Assembly (NCBI GenBank): GCA_035531595.1
Contig: DATKSN010000032.1
Coordinates: 20,801-84,800, forward strand
Source: Pirellulales bacterium
GTDB taxonomy: Bacteria; Planctomycetota; Planctomycetia; Pirellulales; JAICIG01
DNA: 64,000 nucleotides
Direction of reading: 5' to 3'
Positions 44,877 through 53,844 of this stretch are shown one piece after another. Each line of letters begins with the position of its first letter. Position 1 is the first letter of the stretch. The notes under the pieces were generated by a model. It was not told the DNA's origin and ran no database searches. It saw only the letters and a program-made list of their open reading frames with translations. The translations under genes were made by a program, and so were the position numbers.

Positions 44877-46331
44877 CTACGCCAAGAGCGCTTCGATCGG
44901 CCGCCCCTTGCCGTCCTTGGTGACGTGGAACGGCCGGCCTTCCGTGACGTAGGCCGTGTCAGGCGGAATGCCCAACGCGTGGTAGATCGTGGCGTGAACG
45001 TCGCAGAGCGAAACGGGTTTTTCCACCGCCACCATCGGGTGCTCGTCGGCCGTGCGGCCGTAGACCAGCCCCTGCCGGAAGCCGCCACCGAAGAAGAGCA
45101 GGCTGTTGGCGCTGGAGAAATGGCCGTGGAAGCCGTACATTTTTTCGTTCTCGATCAGCAGGTTCTGGCCCGTCTGCCGCTCGGCGAAACCGATCGGCTC
45201 AATGCCGGCCTTGGGTTGGTTGGCGATCGTGCGGCCGAACTCCGTGGCCACCACCACCAGCGTCCGTTCGAGCAAGCCTCGTTCGTCGAGATCGCGGATC
45301 AACTGCGCGATCGGGCCGTCGATCTGTAGTTTCAACTCGGCCAGCCGCGTGGCGCCGTCTTCGTGCGTATCGAAACCCTTGAATGGCCCGTACTGGTACT
45401 CGACCTGCACGAACCGCGCCCCGCTCTCGACCAGCCGCCGTGCCAACAGCAAGCCACTGCCGAAGCGTGGACCGAAGTCGTACTTGGGGTCGAGCAGATC
45501 CTCGGCGGCGATTCGCGGCTTGTAGGCGGCCAGCGTGGCGCGTTTTTCCTCCTTCGCGAAAGCAAAGGCCCTTTTGATGGGCGAGTCCATCATCGCCCGC
45601 GCCTGCGCCATGATCCGCAGGTAATCGGCCGCCTTGTCGGAGGCTTGCAGTTCCTTGCCTGCCAGCTTGCTCGCATCTTGAAGGAACTTCAAGCGGCGAT
45701 CGATCCGCCGGGGCGTCATGCCGGCGGCGGCGCTGAGCGTGGCCATTCCCTGGGTTGGGTCCGGGATCATGAACGGAGCGTGCCGCACGCCGTAGAAGCC
45801 CGGCCCGATGTACTCGCTGATGAATTGCTTCTCGGTATCGCTGGTGTCGACGTCGCGTCCGATGTAGATGTAGGGGGGCACGTTGGCGTCGCGGGGCCCA
45901 AGCGTGCGGCCGATCGCCGCGCCGAGGCTGGGCGCCTTGACGCCCACGGGAAACAGGTAGCCCGTCATCATGTAGTACTGGGCCTTGAGATGCACCGCGC
46001 CGAACTTGGTTTCGTTCGTGAGGCTCCGCAGCACCGTGCCAAGGGGCATGATCGAGGCCATGTTCTCCAGCCCCTCGCCCAGCCGCAGGCCATCGACCTC
46101 GGTCGGGATCGTCGGGCACGTCCCCAGCAGCTCGTTGCCCCTCATCCCCTTGCGGAAGGGCGTGAACTGCTTGGTATCCCAGGTGTCGGTCTGGGCCACG
46201 CCGCCGGGGAGCCAGATGAAAATCACGGAATCGGCCTTGGCCCGCGGGCGCTCGGCGGCGGCGGGCGCGGCGCCGGCGCAAACCGCCCCCGCGGCGGCCA
46301 GGCTGGTTTTGAGGAAGTCGCGGCGTTGCAT
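44877..46331 (-). CDS. DUF1501 domain protein (sulfatase-like fold), Tat-signal
   Basis: Start at MQRRDFLKTSLAAAGAVCAGAAPAAA (twin-arginine type). IFIWLPGGVAQTDTWD and VVATEFGRT motifs. Downstream partner of the DUF1549/DUF1553 gene. Confidence 0.85.
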   Translation of the reverse strand: MQRRDFLKTSLAAAGAVCAGAAPAAAERPRAKADSVIFIWLPGGVAQTDTWDTKQFTPFRKGMRGNELLGTCPTIPTEVDGLRLGEGLENMASIMPLGTVLRSLTNETKFGAVHLKAQYYMMTGYLFPVGVKAPSLGAAIGRTLGPRDANVPPYIYIGRDVDTSDTEKQFISEYIGPGFYGVRHAPFMIPDPTQGMATLSAAAGMTPRRIDRRLKFLQDASKLAGKELQASDKAADYLRIMAQARAMMDSPIKRAFAFAKEEKRATLAAYKPRIAAEDLLDPKYDFGPRFGSGLLLARRLVESGARFVQVEYQYGPFKGFDTHEDGATRLAELKLQIDGPIAQLIRDLDERGLLERTLVVVATEFGRTIANQPKAGIEPIGFAERQTGQNLLIENEKMYGFHGHFSSANSLLFFGGGFRQGLVYGRTADEHPMVAVEKPVSLCDVHATIYHALGIPPDTAYVTEGRPFHVTKDGKGRPIEALLA

Positions 46332-46354
46332 AAGAGTGTTCCTTGTTGAGTTAG

Positions 46355-46440
46355 ACTGTCCGCCCTCCGTGGCGTTCCGCGGAAGGCCGATGAAGGCCGT
46401 GTTCCGATTCACGGAACGCCACGGAGGGCGTTCCCTACAG
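46355..46440. repeat. REP-like nested palindrome, locus A4 (left arm truncated)
   Basis: GTCCGCCCTCCGTGGCGTTCCGCGGAAGGCCGATGAAGGCCGTGTTCCGATTCACGGAACGCCACGGAGGGCGTTCCCTACAG. The spacer is homologous to that of A1. Confidence 0.85.
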
Positions 46441-46442
46441 AA

Positions 46443-46581
46443 ACGTGGCGGTGGCTGGGCAGAGCCTAAGCGATGCCCCGGTCGCTAGCTAGCTAGCCGG
46501 GGCATCGCTTAGGCTCTGCCACCAGCCACCGCCTTCTTGTGGCAAAATGTCTCGCAAAATATCTTCGGCCGCATGAAGTAT
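46443..46581. mobile_element. Palindromic MITE-like element, copy B4 (left terminus missing, abuts REP A4)
   Basis: Starts at GTGGCGGTGGCTGGGCAGAGCCTAAGCGATGCCCCGG and ends ...AAAATGTCTCGCAAAATATCTTCGGCCGCATGAAGTAT. Lies between the DUF1549/1553 and DUF1501 genes. Confidence 0.8.
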
Positions 46582-46584
46582 AAT

Positions 46585-48246
46585 TCACCTGATGTACTGA
46601 AATTCCGGGCAACAGACGAGCGCCCAGAGCATGTCGCGCAGGCCCTCGTCGAGCGAAGCGGCGGAAGCGAGGAACTCCTTTCCCAGCTTCTTTTCGGCCG
46701 GCGTGGCGTGCCGGCTCAATACGGCCAGGTACAGTGGATCGACGACGCGGCGCGGATCCTGCCGGGCGGCCGGAGCGGCGAGGATGGCGCTCTGGCCGAG
46801 CAGGTCGTCGATCTCCGCGCCATTGAGCAACTCGAGCGCCTGAACCACCGCCGCGTCGTCGCCGCGGGCGGTGCTGATCTCGTTGCGCGACGCGGGCCTG
46901 CCCAACGCCCGCATCAAGGCGGTCGAACGGTAGTCGAGGTAGCAGCGCTCTTGGGCATCGATCCCGCCGGAGGTCGCCACGCGAAGGCTGTCGAGCAGTT
47001 GCTCAGCCGTAAGCCGGCGCAGGGTGGGCGATCGGAAATGCCGCGGTGGGTTCGTTTCGCCCGCGGCAAAATGGTCTTCCAGCGCCGCCTCGTAGCGGCG
47101 CTGGTAGGCATGGCTGGTGAGGATCAAGCGGATCGTGTGCTTCAAATCGCAGCCGTGGGCGAGGAAGTCGTGGGCCAGCCAGTCGAGCAGCGCGGGGTGG
47201 CTGGCGGGCACGTCGAGGCGGAAGTCGTCGGCCGGCTCGAACAGCCCCAAGCCAAGGTATCGCTTCCAAAGCCTGTTGACGATCGTCTTGGCGAAGCGCG
47301 GGTTGGCCGGATCGGTGACGAGTTGCGCCGTCAGGTGCAACCGGCCGTCGAGGTCGCCGGGCACGTCGCGCGGAGCGCCGGCCAGTTCAAAGGGGAACTG
47401 GGCCGGCACGACCTGGCCGGTTTTCACCTCGCAACGAATGCGTTCGAGGTTGCTCGGCGCGAACAGGCCGGCGAAACCGAGGAACCGTTCCTGCGGCCAT
47501 TCGGCGTTCTCGAAATGGTCGTGGCAACCGGCGCACTTCATGCTGGTGCCGAGGAACACCTGGCCGACGTTGGCGGCCGTCTGCAACGTCGCCGTGTGGT
47601 CCTCGTTGCGTACGTACTCGATCGTGTACTGAATGCCGAGCACGTCCTCGGTGTCGGCCGCCTTGCGGCGTGGCATCGTCGGATCGAGCAGTTCGGCCAC
47701 CATGACGTCGTAGGGGCGGTTCTGTTCGAGGCTTTGATGAATCCAATCGCGGTAATTGCCCCTGGTCGGAATGCCGCCCTGGCTGAGTACGGGCTGGCTG
47801 GCCAGGGCGTCTTCCCAGAACGGCGTGCCGTGGGCGGCGTAGTCGGCGTGGCGCGCCAGGAGCTGATCGACGAGCTTCGCGCGCCGCTGGGGCGAACGGT
47901 CGGCCAGGAAATGGTTGCATTCGAGTACGGTCGGGATCACGCCCACCAAGTCCAGGAACGCCCGGCGAACGAAGGTCGCGTCGTCGCACAGCGCCGGCGG
48001 CTTTTCGACGGCCTCCAGCCCCGCCGCTTGCCAGTCGGCTTGCAGGAAGCGGTCGATCGCATGGCGCTCGACGTTCGGATCTCCGTCGGGGAGTTCAACG
48101 TCCGGCGGGCCGGGCGGCGGCGGCAATTGCCCGAGCCGAAACTCACGGCGTTTGACGAGCAGGGCTTCGCTGTCGAGTTGGCCTGAGCCAGGTGGCAGAA
48201 AAGCGGCCTCGGATTCGTCGGCGAACATCGGCATTGCGGCAACCAC
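46585..48246 (-). CDS. DUF1549 + DUF1553 domain protein
   Basis: 553-aa ORF. IDRFLQADWQAAGL ... FVRRAFLDLVGVIPT (DUF1549), CAGCHDHFENAEWPQERF and FAKTIVNRLWKRYLGLGL (DUF1553). No obvious signal peptide on MVAAMPMFADESE. Confidence 0.85.
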   Translation of the reverse strand: MVAAMPMFADESEAAFLPPGSGQLDSEALLVKRREFRLGQLPPPPGPPDVELPDGDPNVERHAIDRFLQADWQAAGLEAVEKPPALCDDATFVRRAFLDLVGVIPTVLECNHFLADRSPQRRAKLVDQLLARHADYAAHGTPFWEDALASQPVLSQGGIPTRGNYRDWIHQSLEQNRPYDVMVAELLDPTMPRRKAADTEDVLGIQYTIEYVRNEDHTATLQTAANVGQVFLGTSMKCAGCHDHFENAEWPQERFLGFAGLFAPSNLERIRCEVKTGQVVPAQFPFELAGAPRDVPGDLDGRLHLTAQLVTDPANPRFAKTIVNRLWKRYLGLGLFEPADDFRLDVPASHPALLDWLAHDFLAHGCDLKHTIRLILTSHAYQRRYEAALEDHFAAGETNPPRHFRSPTLRRLTAEQLLDSLRVATSGGIDAQERCYLDYRSTALMRALGRPASRNEISTARGDDAAVVQALELLNGAEIDDLLGQSAILAAPAARQDPRRVVDPLYLAVLSRHATPAEKKLGKEFLASAASLDEGLRDMLWALVCCPEFQYIR

Positions 48247-48252
48247 GGTTCC

Positions 48253-49440
48253 CTACTTGGGATTCTTGTACGACGGGCCGTTGATGTCGGAGTCGGCGAT
48301 GATCTCGTGTTCGACGGTCAGCTTGGGCTCGACTTCCCCCTCGGCCTTGACGGTCTGCGGCGTGTAGCGCACGAATTTCCGGTGGAACGGGTCGAGGAAG
48401 CGATCCCCTTTTTGAAAGATCGGCCGATACTCGATCATCTCGCCGAACCAGGCCGGTCCCACCACTTGGGCCGGAATCCAATGCCCGCGGCCTTGCCGGT
48501 CGATCAGGTAGAACTCAGGGTAGTTGTGCCCCTCGACCCAAACGCTTCGCGCCACCCCATTCGACAGCCGGCACATGCTCACGAACAACGCGCTCATCTC
48601 CTCGCAGTCGCCACAATGTTGCTCGATGGCGAACAGCGCCCCGCGGAAATCGCCGTTCTTGAATTCGACGTTGTCCCGTGTCCACTTCCAGAATCCCTTG
48701 ACCATATTCCAGGCCCCCGCCTGCTCGTGCCGCTTTTTCAAATCGCGGGCCAGTTCTTTGATTTTAGGGTGATTCATTTCCAGACCCGGCGCCGGGCCGG
48801 CGAACTGGTCGCGCACTTCGCGCGGAACTCCATGCGGCAGGTCCAACTCGTCGGCGGGGGCGACGTACTCAATTCGCCAGCGCGTGATCTCGTAGAGCAA
48901 CTCCACCCCGGCCGACTCGCCCGCCGCGATCTGGGGAATCTGGAAGTTGAACGTCTTGCACTGTCCTGGCTTGTCGAACTCCTTGTACTTGCCCCCCTCG
49001 GTAAACTTGGGGCGGCCGATCAATCGGACCTTTTGTTCGGGCCAGTCTCGCGGAATGGGCGCCACGACGACGACGTTCTTCGCAGGGCTTTCCTCGGGCG
49101 CCTCGACGCGGACAATGATCTTGAGCCGATAGGTCCGGGGGTCGGTATAGCGCAGCGCGGGGTCGGCCCCCAGTCGCCGGTCGCCCCCCTGACGTCGGTC
49201 ATCTGGCGGCTTCGCATTGAGAGCGTCCGCCGCCGCATCTTCCGAGTCGTCGAGCGTGTATTCGGATTCGCCCGATTTCGATTTCGCGGCGGCGATCGCC
49301 GGTTCGTCGTCGGCGTCCTCGACGACGGACGCTTCGAGATTGTCCTCGTCAGTGTCCTGCGCATCGGCGCGCTCGTGGGACCAACCCCAAAGCGCGGTGA
49401 ACAAAATGGCGACAAGCGTTGTCGATATTCGGCTGTTCAT
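48253..49440 (-). CDS. Secreted transglutaminase-like (Cys-His-Asp core) protein
   Basis: Start at MNSRISTTLVAILFTALWGWSHERADA. Core GDCEEMSALFVSMCRLSNGVARSVWVEGHNYPEFY...GHWIPAQ. Sits 6 nt upstream of the DUF1549/1553 gene. Confidence 0.7.
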   Translation of the reverse strand: MNSRISTTLVAILFTALWGWSHERADAQDTDEDNLEASVVEDADDEPAIAAAKSKSGESEYTLDDSEDAAADALNAKPPDDRRQGGDRRLGADPALRYTDPRTYRLKIIVRVEAPEESPAKNVVVVAPIPRDWPEQKVRLIGRPKFTEGGKYKEFDKPGQCKTFNFQIPQIAAGESAGVELLYEITRWRIEYVAPADELDLPHGVPREVRDQFAGPAPGLEMNHPKIKELARDLKKRHEQAGAWNMVKGFWKWTRDNVEFKNGDFRGALFAIEQHCGDCEEMSALFVSMCRLSNGVARSVWVEGHNYPEFYLIDRQGRGHWIPAQVVGPAWFGEMIEYRPIFQKGDRFLDPFHRKFVRYTPQTVKAEGEVEPKLTVEHEIIADSDINGPSYKNPK

Positions 49441-49719
49441 AGGGATGGCACTGAAGGTCAAGGATAAGATGGCAATATAGCCAGTATGGCGCGAATGGGC
49501 CGTTTTGTCAAAGTATTGGTACTTTTCGGCCCGCTGTTTTGAGATCGGCACAGGCCCGGATTATCCATGGTTTCACATTAACCCGTATTATTCATGGTCC
49601 GAACCCAAAGTGGCCATTCCGGCCTGGAAGCGACCCGTTGCGAAAAAAACGAACGGTTATGACTAGCGCCGCGTAGAAAGAAACGACTTATCCAGGTGGC
49701 AGCAATGGGGTGACTTGCG

Positions 49720-50841
49720 ATGAAAACTCTTAGCTCTCCGGCTTGTGGGCGGTTTCTCGCGTCTGGGTGGTTCGCATGGGCGGCCTTGCTGGTTTGGCCC
49801 GCTCAGGCACGCGCCGCCCAGCCCAAAGTCGATTTCGACCTGGGCTACAAGGTCGAGTGCCACGACGTGACCGAACAGGCGTTCGCCCTGATGCACCCGA
49901 ACGAAAAGGTGGTCGAGGCCGAGGTGCGAATCTCCGTGCGCCTGGCGCGCGGCGAGGAGCGGGAAATCGAGCAGTTGCTGTTTGAAATCACCAGTCCCGG
50001 CGAGCGATTGCGGGTGGTGGATTTCCTGCCCAAGACGCAGCTTGAAAGCGACGCGGCCGACGGCATCGAGGTGACCAAGACCACGGAGACGACCCGCTCG
50101 GTGGGCGCCACGGCCGGTAGCGGGCTGTCGTTCTCGACGTTCTCGGCCGCCGGCGGAAATGCTTACAACCCGGTGGGTACGCAGATCCTCCCTTCGGCCA
50201 ATGCCAGCGTCGGCACCACACACCGCAAGGCGTTGTCGGAAACATCGAAGAAGATTCCTCCTGGCAAAGTGGTGGTGGCCAGTGGAACATTGGACAACGA
50301 GCACGGTGTGTTTTTCAAGCTGAAACGCTCGGCCGTGACGTCGTTCGAGGGAACCAAGCTCATCTCGTTCCGCTTCGTCGTGCCGGCCCATTGGCGTGGC
50401 GATTGGGTCGTGCTTTCGGCCCAGGCGCGAGGCACGTTCAAGCGGTCGCTGTTCTTCAAGGCGGTCGAGCCGTGTGGCGAAATCAAGGCATTCCTGGCGT
50501 TGTACCTGGCTGGCGACGCGCTCGCCGAGCGCGCCGCGTTGGAACTGGCCGAATCGCAGGCGCTGTACCTGGCCGGCAGCGGCGAAAATGAACATTCGGA
50601 TACGGCGATCAGCGAGTTGGCGTTGGCCGCCAGTCCGTGGCAGACCGCCAAACCACGCTCGGCCGCCACGCAGCCGCGCACGCTTCAGCGGCAGACCTGC
50701 CTCAAGCCGTTCGCCACGGGGGGACTATTCGCGTCGCACGATGGGGCCGATCGCGACCATGGGCACGCTTCGACGGGCGATCGCATGACGGTGCTGAAAC
50801 AGGCCCTGAACCGAATGGCAAAATTGTCGCGCGCCGGGTAA
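49720..50841 (+). CDS. Hypothetical secreted protein
   Basis: 373-aa ORF with signal-like FLASGWFAWAALLVWPAQARAA. I recognise no family. Coding-like composition. Confidence 0.5.
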   Translation: MKTLSSPACGRFLASGWFAWAALLVWPAQARAAQPKVDFDLGYKVECHDVTEQAFALMHPNEKVVEAEVRISVRLARGEEREIEQLLFEITSPGERLRVVDFLPKTQLESDAADGIEVTKTTETTRSVGATAGSGLSFSTFSAAGGNAYNPVGTQILPSANASVGTTHRKALSETSKKIPPGKVVVASGTLDNEHGVFFKLKRSAVTSFEGTKLISFRFVVPAHWRGDWVVLSAQARGTFKRSLFFKAVEPCGEIKAFLALYLAGDALAERAALELAESQALYLAGSGENEHSDTAISELALAASPWQTAKPRSAATQPRTLQRQTCLKPFATGGLFASHDGADRDHGHASTGDRMTVLKQALNRMAKLSRAG

Positions 50842-50878
50842 ACCGCTCAACGCGTTGGGTTGGTGGGCGGCGCCGACT

Positions 50879-50967
50879 CTGTAGGGAACGCCCTCCGTGG
50901 CGTTCCGTGTCCTGCCAGAAGACGTCGCACCCGCGTCACGGAACGCCACGGAGGGCGTTCCCTACAG
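50879..50967. repeat. REP-like nested palindrome, locus A5 (inverted pair)
   Basis: CTGTAGGGAACGCCCTCCGTGGCGTTCCG - 32 nt - CGGAACGCCACGGAGGGCGTTCCCTACAG, 38 nt after the stop of the 49720..50841 CDS. Confidence 0.9.
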
Positions 50968-51073
50968 AACCCAATGCGACAATCCATATATATCCGCAGT
51001 ATCCGCGGCGAAACCGGCGCATGTCGCGCGGTGATGAGCTAGAATTGAGAAACCCCTACGAGGCAACACCACC

Positions 51074-51637
51074 ATGAAACTCGCCGCCCTGATCGTCCCG
51101 TTGTTTCTGTTCGGCGTGCTTCCGGCCCAGGCCGGATCTCGCGGCACTCCCACGCGGGCCGTGTCGGTCCCCAGCCATTCCATGCAGCCCGGAATGCCGG
51201 GCGGAGGTCAACCCTACCGATCACCACGGGTGGCGGGCGTCTACAGCGCTCGGCCCGGGCATTACAGCAGCAACGAACGCTACAGCGGCGGCCGCGCCGT
51301 CTACGCCGCCTACACCAGCGCCGGCTACGGGCCCTACGGCGGCCGAGGCGGCTACGGTGGTTTCGGTGGCGGCTACGGCGGTTTCGGTGGCGGCTACGGT
51401 GGCTTTGGTGGATATAACATTGAAATGCAACGGCTGCTCGAGCATCAATTCGAGCTCCGAGCGATCGGGCAGTATCTGCCCATCCACACCGTGGCGCCGG
51501 AGGTGTCGTATAACCCGGACTTCGTGCCGCGCGCGAGCCAACTCGCCCCCGACGAAGCCGTGTACCCCGCGCCGCAACCGTTGACCGTCACCAACCCATT
51601 CTATCGCCCCACCGTGGCCCGCCAGGCGTCGCCATAG
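51074..51637 (+). CDS. Secreted Gly/Tyr-rich low-complexity protein
   Basis: Signal peptide MKLAALIVPLFLFGVLPAQA. Centre GGRGGYGGFGGGYGGFGGGYGGFGGY encoded by a 21-bp tandem repeat. Pro/Tyr-rich C-terminus. Confidence 0.5.
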   Translation: MKLAALIVPLFLFGVLPAQAGSRGTPTRAVSVPSHSMQPGMPGGGQPYRSPRVAGVYSARPGHYSSNERYSGGRAVYAAYTSAGYGPYGGRGGYGGFGGGYGGFGGGYGGFGGYNIEMQRLLEHQFELRAIGQYLPIHTVAPEVSYNPDFVPRASQLAPDEAVYPAPQPLTVTNPFYRPTVARQASP

Positions 51638-51860
51638 ACTTGTATGCAATTGACGGGGTTGAAAAACGACAGCGAAGACTCCGGCGACCCGGCCGGAAGC
51701 TGCAATACCTCGACGGGCCAATTTCGCTGGAACAAGTCCATTTCCAAGTCGGCCACCGGGTCGCTCAGATCCAAGTCGTACCTTGCTTTTTGGCTGATGA
51801 CGAACACGGAAAGCGGATCGGCGGGAAAAGGCACGTAGCACGCGCGGACCCGGTGCTTGT

Positions 51861-52014
51861 ATACTTCGCGCGGCCGAAATTGAGACATTCACGGTGGCTG
51901 GGGCAGAGCTTAAGCGATGCCCCGGTCGCTATCGAGCCGGGGCATCGCTTACGCACTGCCACCAGCCACCACTTTCTCGCTACAAAAAGTCTCATGGTCG
52001 GCCGCGTACAGTAT
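51861..52014. mobile_element. Palindromic MITE-like element, copy B5
   Basis: ATACTTCGCGCGGCCGAAATTGAGACATTCACGGTGGCTGGGGCAGAGC...AAAGTCTCATGGTCGGCCGCGTACAGTAT. 154 bp, just upstream of the solo DUF1501 gene. Confidence 0.85.
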
Positions 52015-52057
52015 AATAATCGACGACCCGCATGAAGGCCAGGAGGATCACGGTACG

Positions 52058-53506
52058 ATGCCCAATCGTTTGTCACCTCGCTCCGTGGCTGTCCCAGCCG
52101 CGCCCGGCAAGCCCGCACTCTCCGGCTTGCTGGCTCTCGGCCCGCGGCTGCGCCGCCGCGAGATGCTGCAATTGGGCCTGGTGTCGCTGGGAGGCCTGCC
52201 GCTGGAAGCCCTGTTGCAAGCGGGCGAATCGGGTCTTGGCCGCGCGCGGGCCAAAGCCTGCATCCTGCTCTACATGGATGGCGGGCCCAGCCACATCGAC
52301 CTGTGGGATCTCAAGCCCGACGCGGCGGTCGAGATCCGTGGCCCGTTTCAGCCGATCGCCAGCAGCGTGCCGGGCGTACCCGTCTGCGAACACTTGCCCT
52401 TGGTCGCTCGCGAACTGCACCGGTTCGTTCAGGTGCGCGGCGTTTGCCATCAGGAAACGGTGCATGACCCGGCCGTGTACCAGATGCTGACGGGCTACAA
52501 GCACGTCAGCTCAGCGGGCAACTTGAAGGTCGAGACGACCGACTTTCCGCAGATGGGCGCGTCGTTCGGCCACGCCGACCGCTCACCGGCCGTGATGCCC
52601 AAGGTGATCGAGCTGCCCGAGACGATGAAGATGGAAGCTCGCACGCTTCCCGGGCAGAGCGCGGGCTTCCTGGGCGGCTCGTTCGATCCGTTTCACGTCG
52701 AGCTCACGCGCGAGTTGCGGTTGGCCAAGCCCGACTTGGCACTCGGGCGCGACATCCCCGCGCGACGGCTCGCCCAACTGGGTTCGCTGGTCGGCCGATT
52801 GAACCATGAACTTTCACGGATGGAGCGGACGGCCGAGGTCGATTTGTTCAACGGCTACCAGCGGCAGGCGCTGGCCCTGTTGGGCCGGCCCGGCGTGCAG
52901 GCGGCGTTCGACCTGGAACGTGAGCCGGACGCGACCCAGGAGCGGTACGGCCGCAACCGGCACGGACAATCGGTGCTGTTGGCCCGCCGGCTGGTCGAAG
53001 GCGGGGCGAGGTTCGTGACGGTTTACTGGGGTCAGGAGCCGCAGGACTGGGCCGACGGACGCGGCGAGCGGTTGGCCAACAATCCCTGGGACACCCACCG
53101 CAACCACTTTCCACTGGTCCGCGACCGGCTGGCGCCGCGGGCCGACCGCGCGTTGGCCGCGTTGGTCGGCGACCTGGCCGAGCGAGGGCTGCTGGACGAG
53201 ACGCTGGTCGTCTGGATGGGCGACTTCGGCCGCACGCCCAAGATCGACAAAAAGTACGCCAGCCGCGACCACTGGCCGCACGCTTTCACGGTTCTCCTGG
53301 CCGGGGCCGGGCTGCCCGGCGGAACGATCTACGGCCGCACCGATCGCCACGCCGCCACGGTCGTGGAAAACCCCGTCAGCCCCGCCGACCTGACGGCGAC
53401 GATCTTCAACGCCTTGGGCGTCGATCCAGCCAGTCCGATGCGCCATCCCGCGGGCAACGAGTACCCAATCTCCAGCGGCCGAGCGCTGACGCGGCTATGG
53501 GGGTAG
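52058..53506 (+). CDS. DUF1501 domain protein (solo copy)
   Basis: ATG 10 nt after AGGAGGA. CILLYMDGGPSHIDLWDLKPDA and VVWMGDFGRTP motifs. No adjacent DUF1549/1553 partner. Confidence 0.85.
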   Translation: MPNRLSPRSVAVPAAPGKPALSGLLALGPRLRRREMLQLGLVSLGGLPLEALLQAGESGLGRARAKACILLYMDGGPSHIDLWDLKPDAAVEIRGPFQPIASSVPGVPVCEHLPLVARELHRFVQVRGVCHQETVHDPAVYQMLTGYKHVSSAGNLKVETTDFPQMGASFGHADRSPAVMPKVIELPETMKMEARTLPGQSAGFLGGSFDPFHVELTRELRLAKPDLALGRDIPARRLAQLGSLVGRLNHELSRMERTAEVDLFNGYQRQALALLGRPGVQAAFDLEREPDATQERYGRNRHGQSVLLARRLVEGGARFVTVYWGQEPQDWADGRGERLANNPWDTHRNHFPLVRDRLAPRADRALAALVGDLAERGLLDETLVVWMGDFGRTPKIDKKYASRDHWPHAFTVLLAGAGLPGGTIYGRTDRHAATVVENPVSPADLTATIFNALGVDPASPMRHPAGNEYPISSGRALTRLWG

Positions 53507-53622
53507 CGGCAGTAGCTCGATTGCAGGAACGAATCGCTCGGCACCAATGGACCACCGAAAGCGGCAATGCGACCCCGGCGACGATGGGGTAGAATGATGA
53601 TCCTTTTTGAAGGGAAGACTCC

Positions 53623-53844
53623 ATGTCAACCAAGGTCACCGCAACGGTTGTCGGCGGAATGCTGAAACCGGATGAGAGGTTGCAGTTCCCGGAGCAAACC
53701 CGCGTGAATGTGACGATCGAACCGCTCCTTGATCGCGTGGAAGCGGTGGCAGCGTGGGAATCGTTGAAGGCGTGGATTGGGAAAAGTCCTTTGCACGGCT
53801 TGGGACGCCGCCTGACGCGCGACGAACTCCATGAACGCCGTTGA
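53623..53844 (+). CDS. DUF104-type antitoxin (VapB-like)
   Basis: 73-aa ORF. TATVVGGMLKPDERLQFPEQTRVNVTIEPL is the typical DUF104 antitoxin pattern. Overlaps the PIN gene start by 14 nt. Confidence 0.65.
   Translation: MSTKVTATVVGGMLKPDERLQFPEQTRVNVTIEPLLDRVEAVAAWESLKAWIGKSPLHGLGRRLTRDELHERR

Noticed and set aside
51601-51888. 95-aa minus-strand ORF (MSQFRPREVYKHRVRACYVPFPADPLSVFVISQKARYDLDLSDPVADLEMDLF…) in an AT-richer patch.
   Set aside because: Its start lies inside MITE copy B5 and its end overlaps the Gly/Tyr-rich gene. I recognise no family. It might be a gene fragment, but there is not enough support to report it as a CDS.
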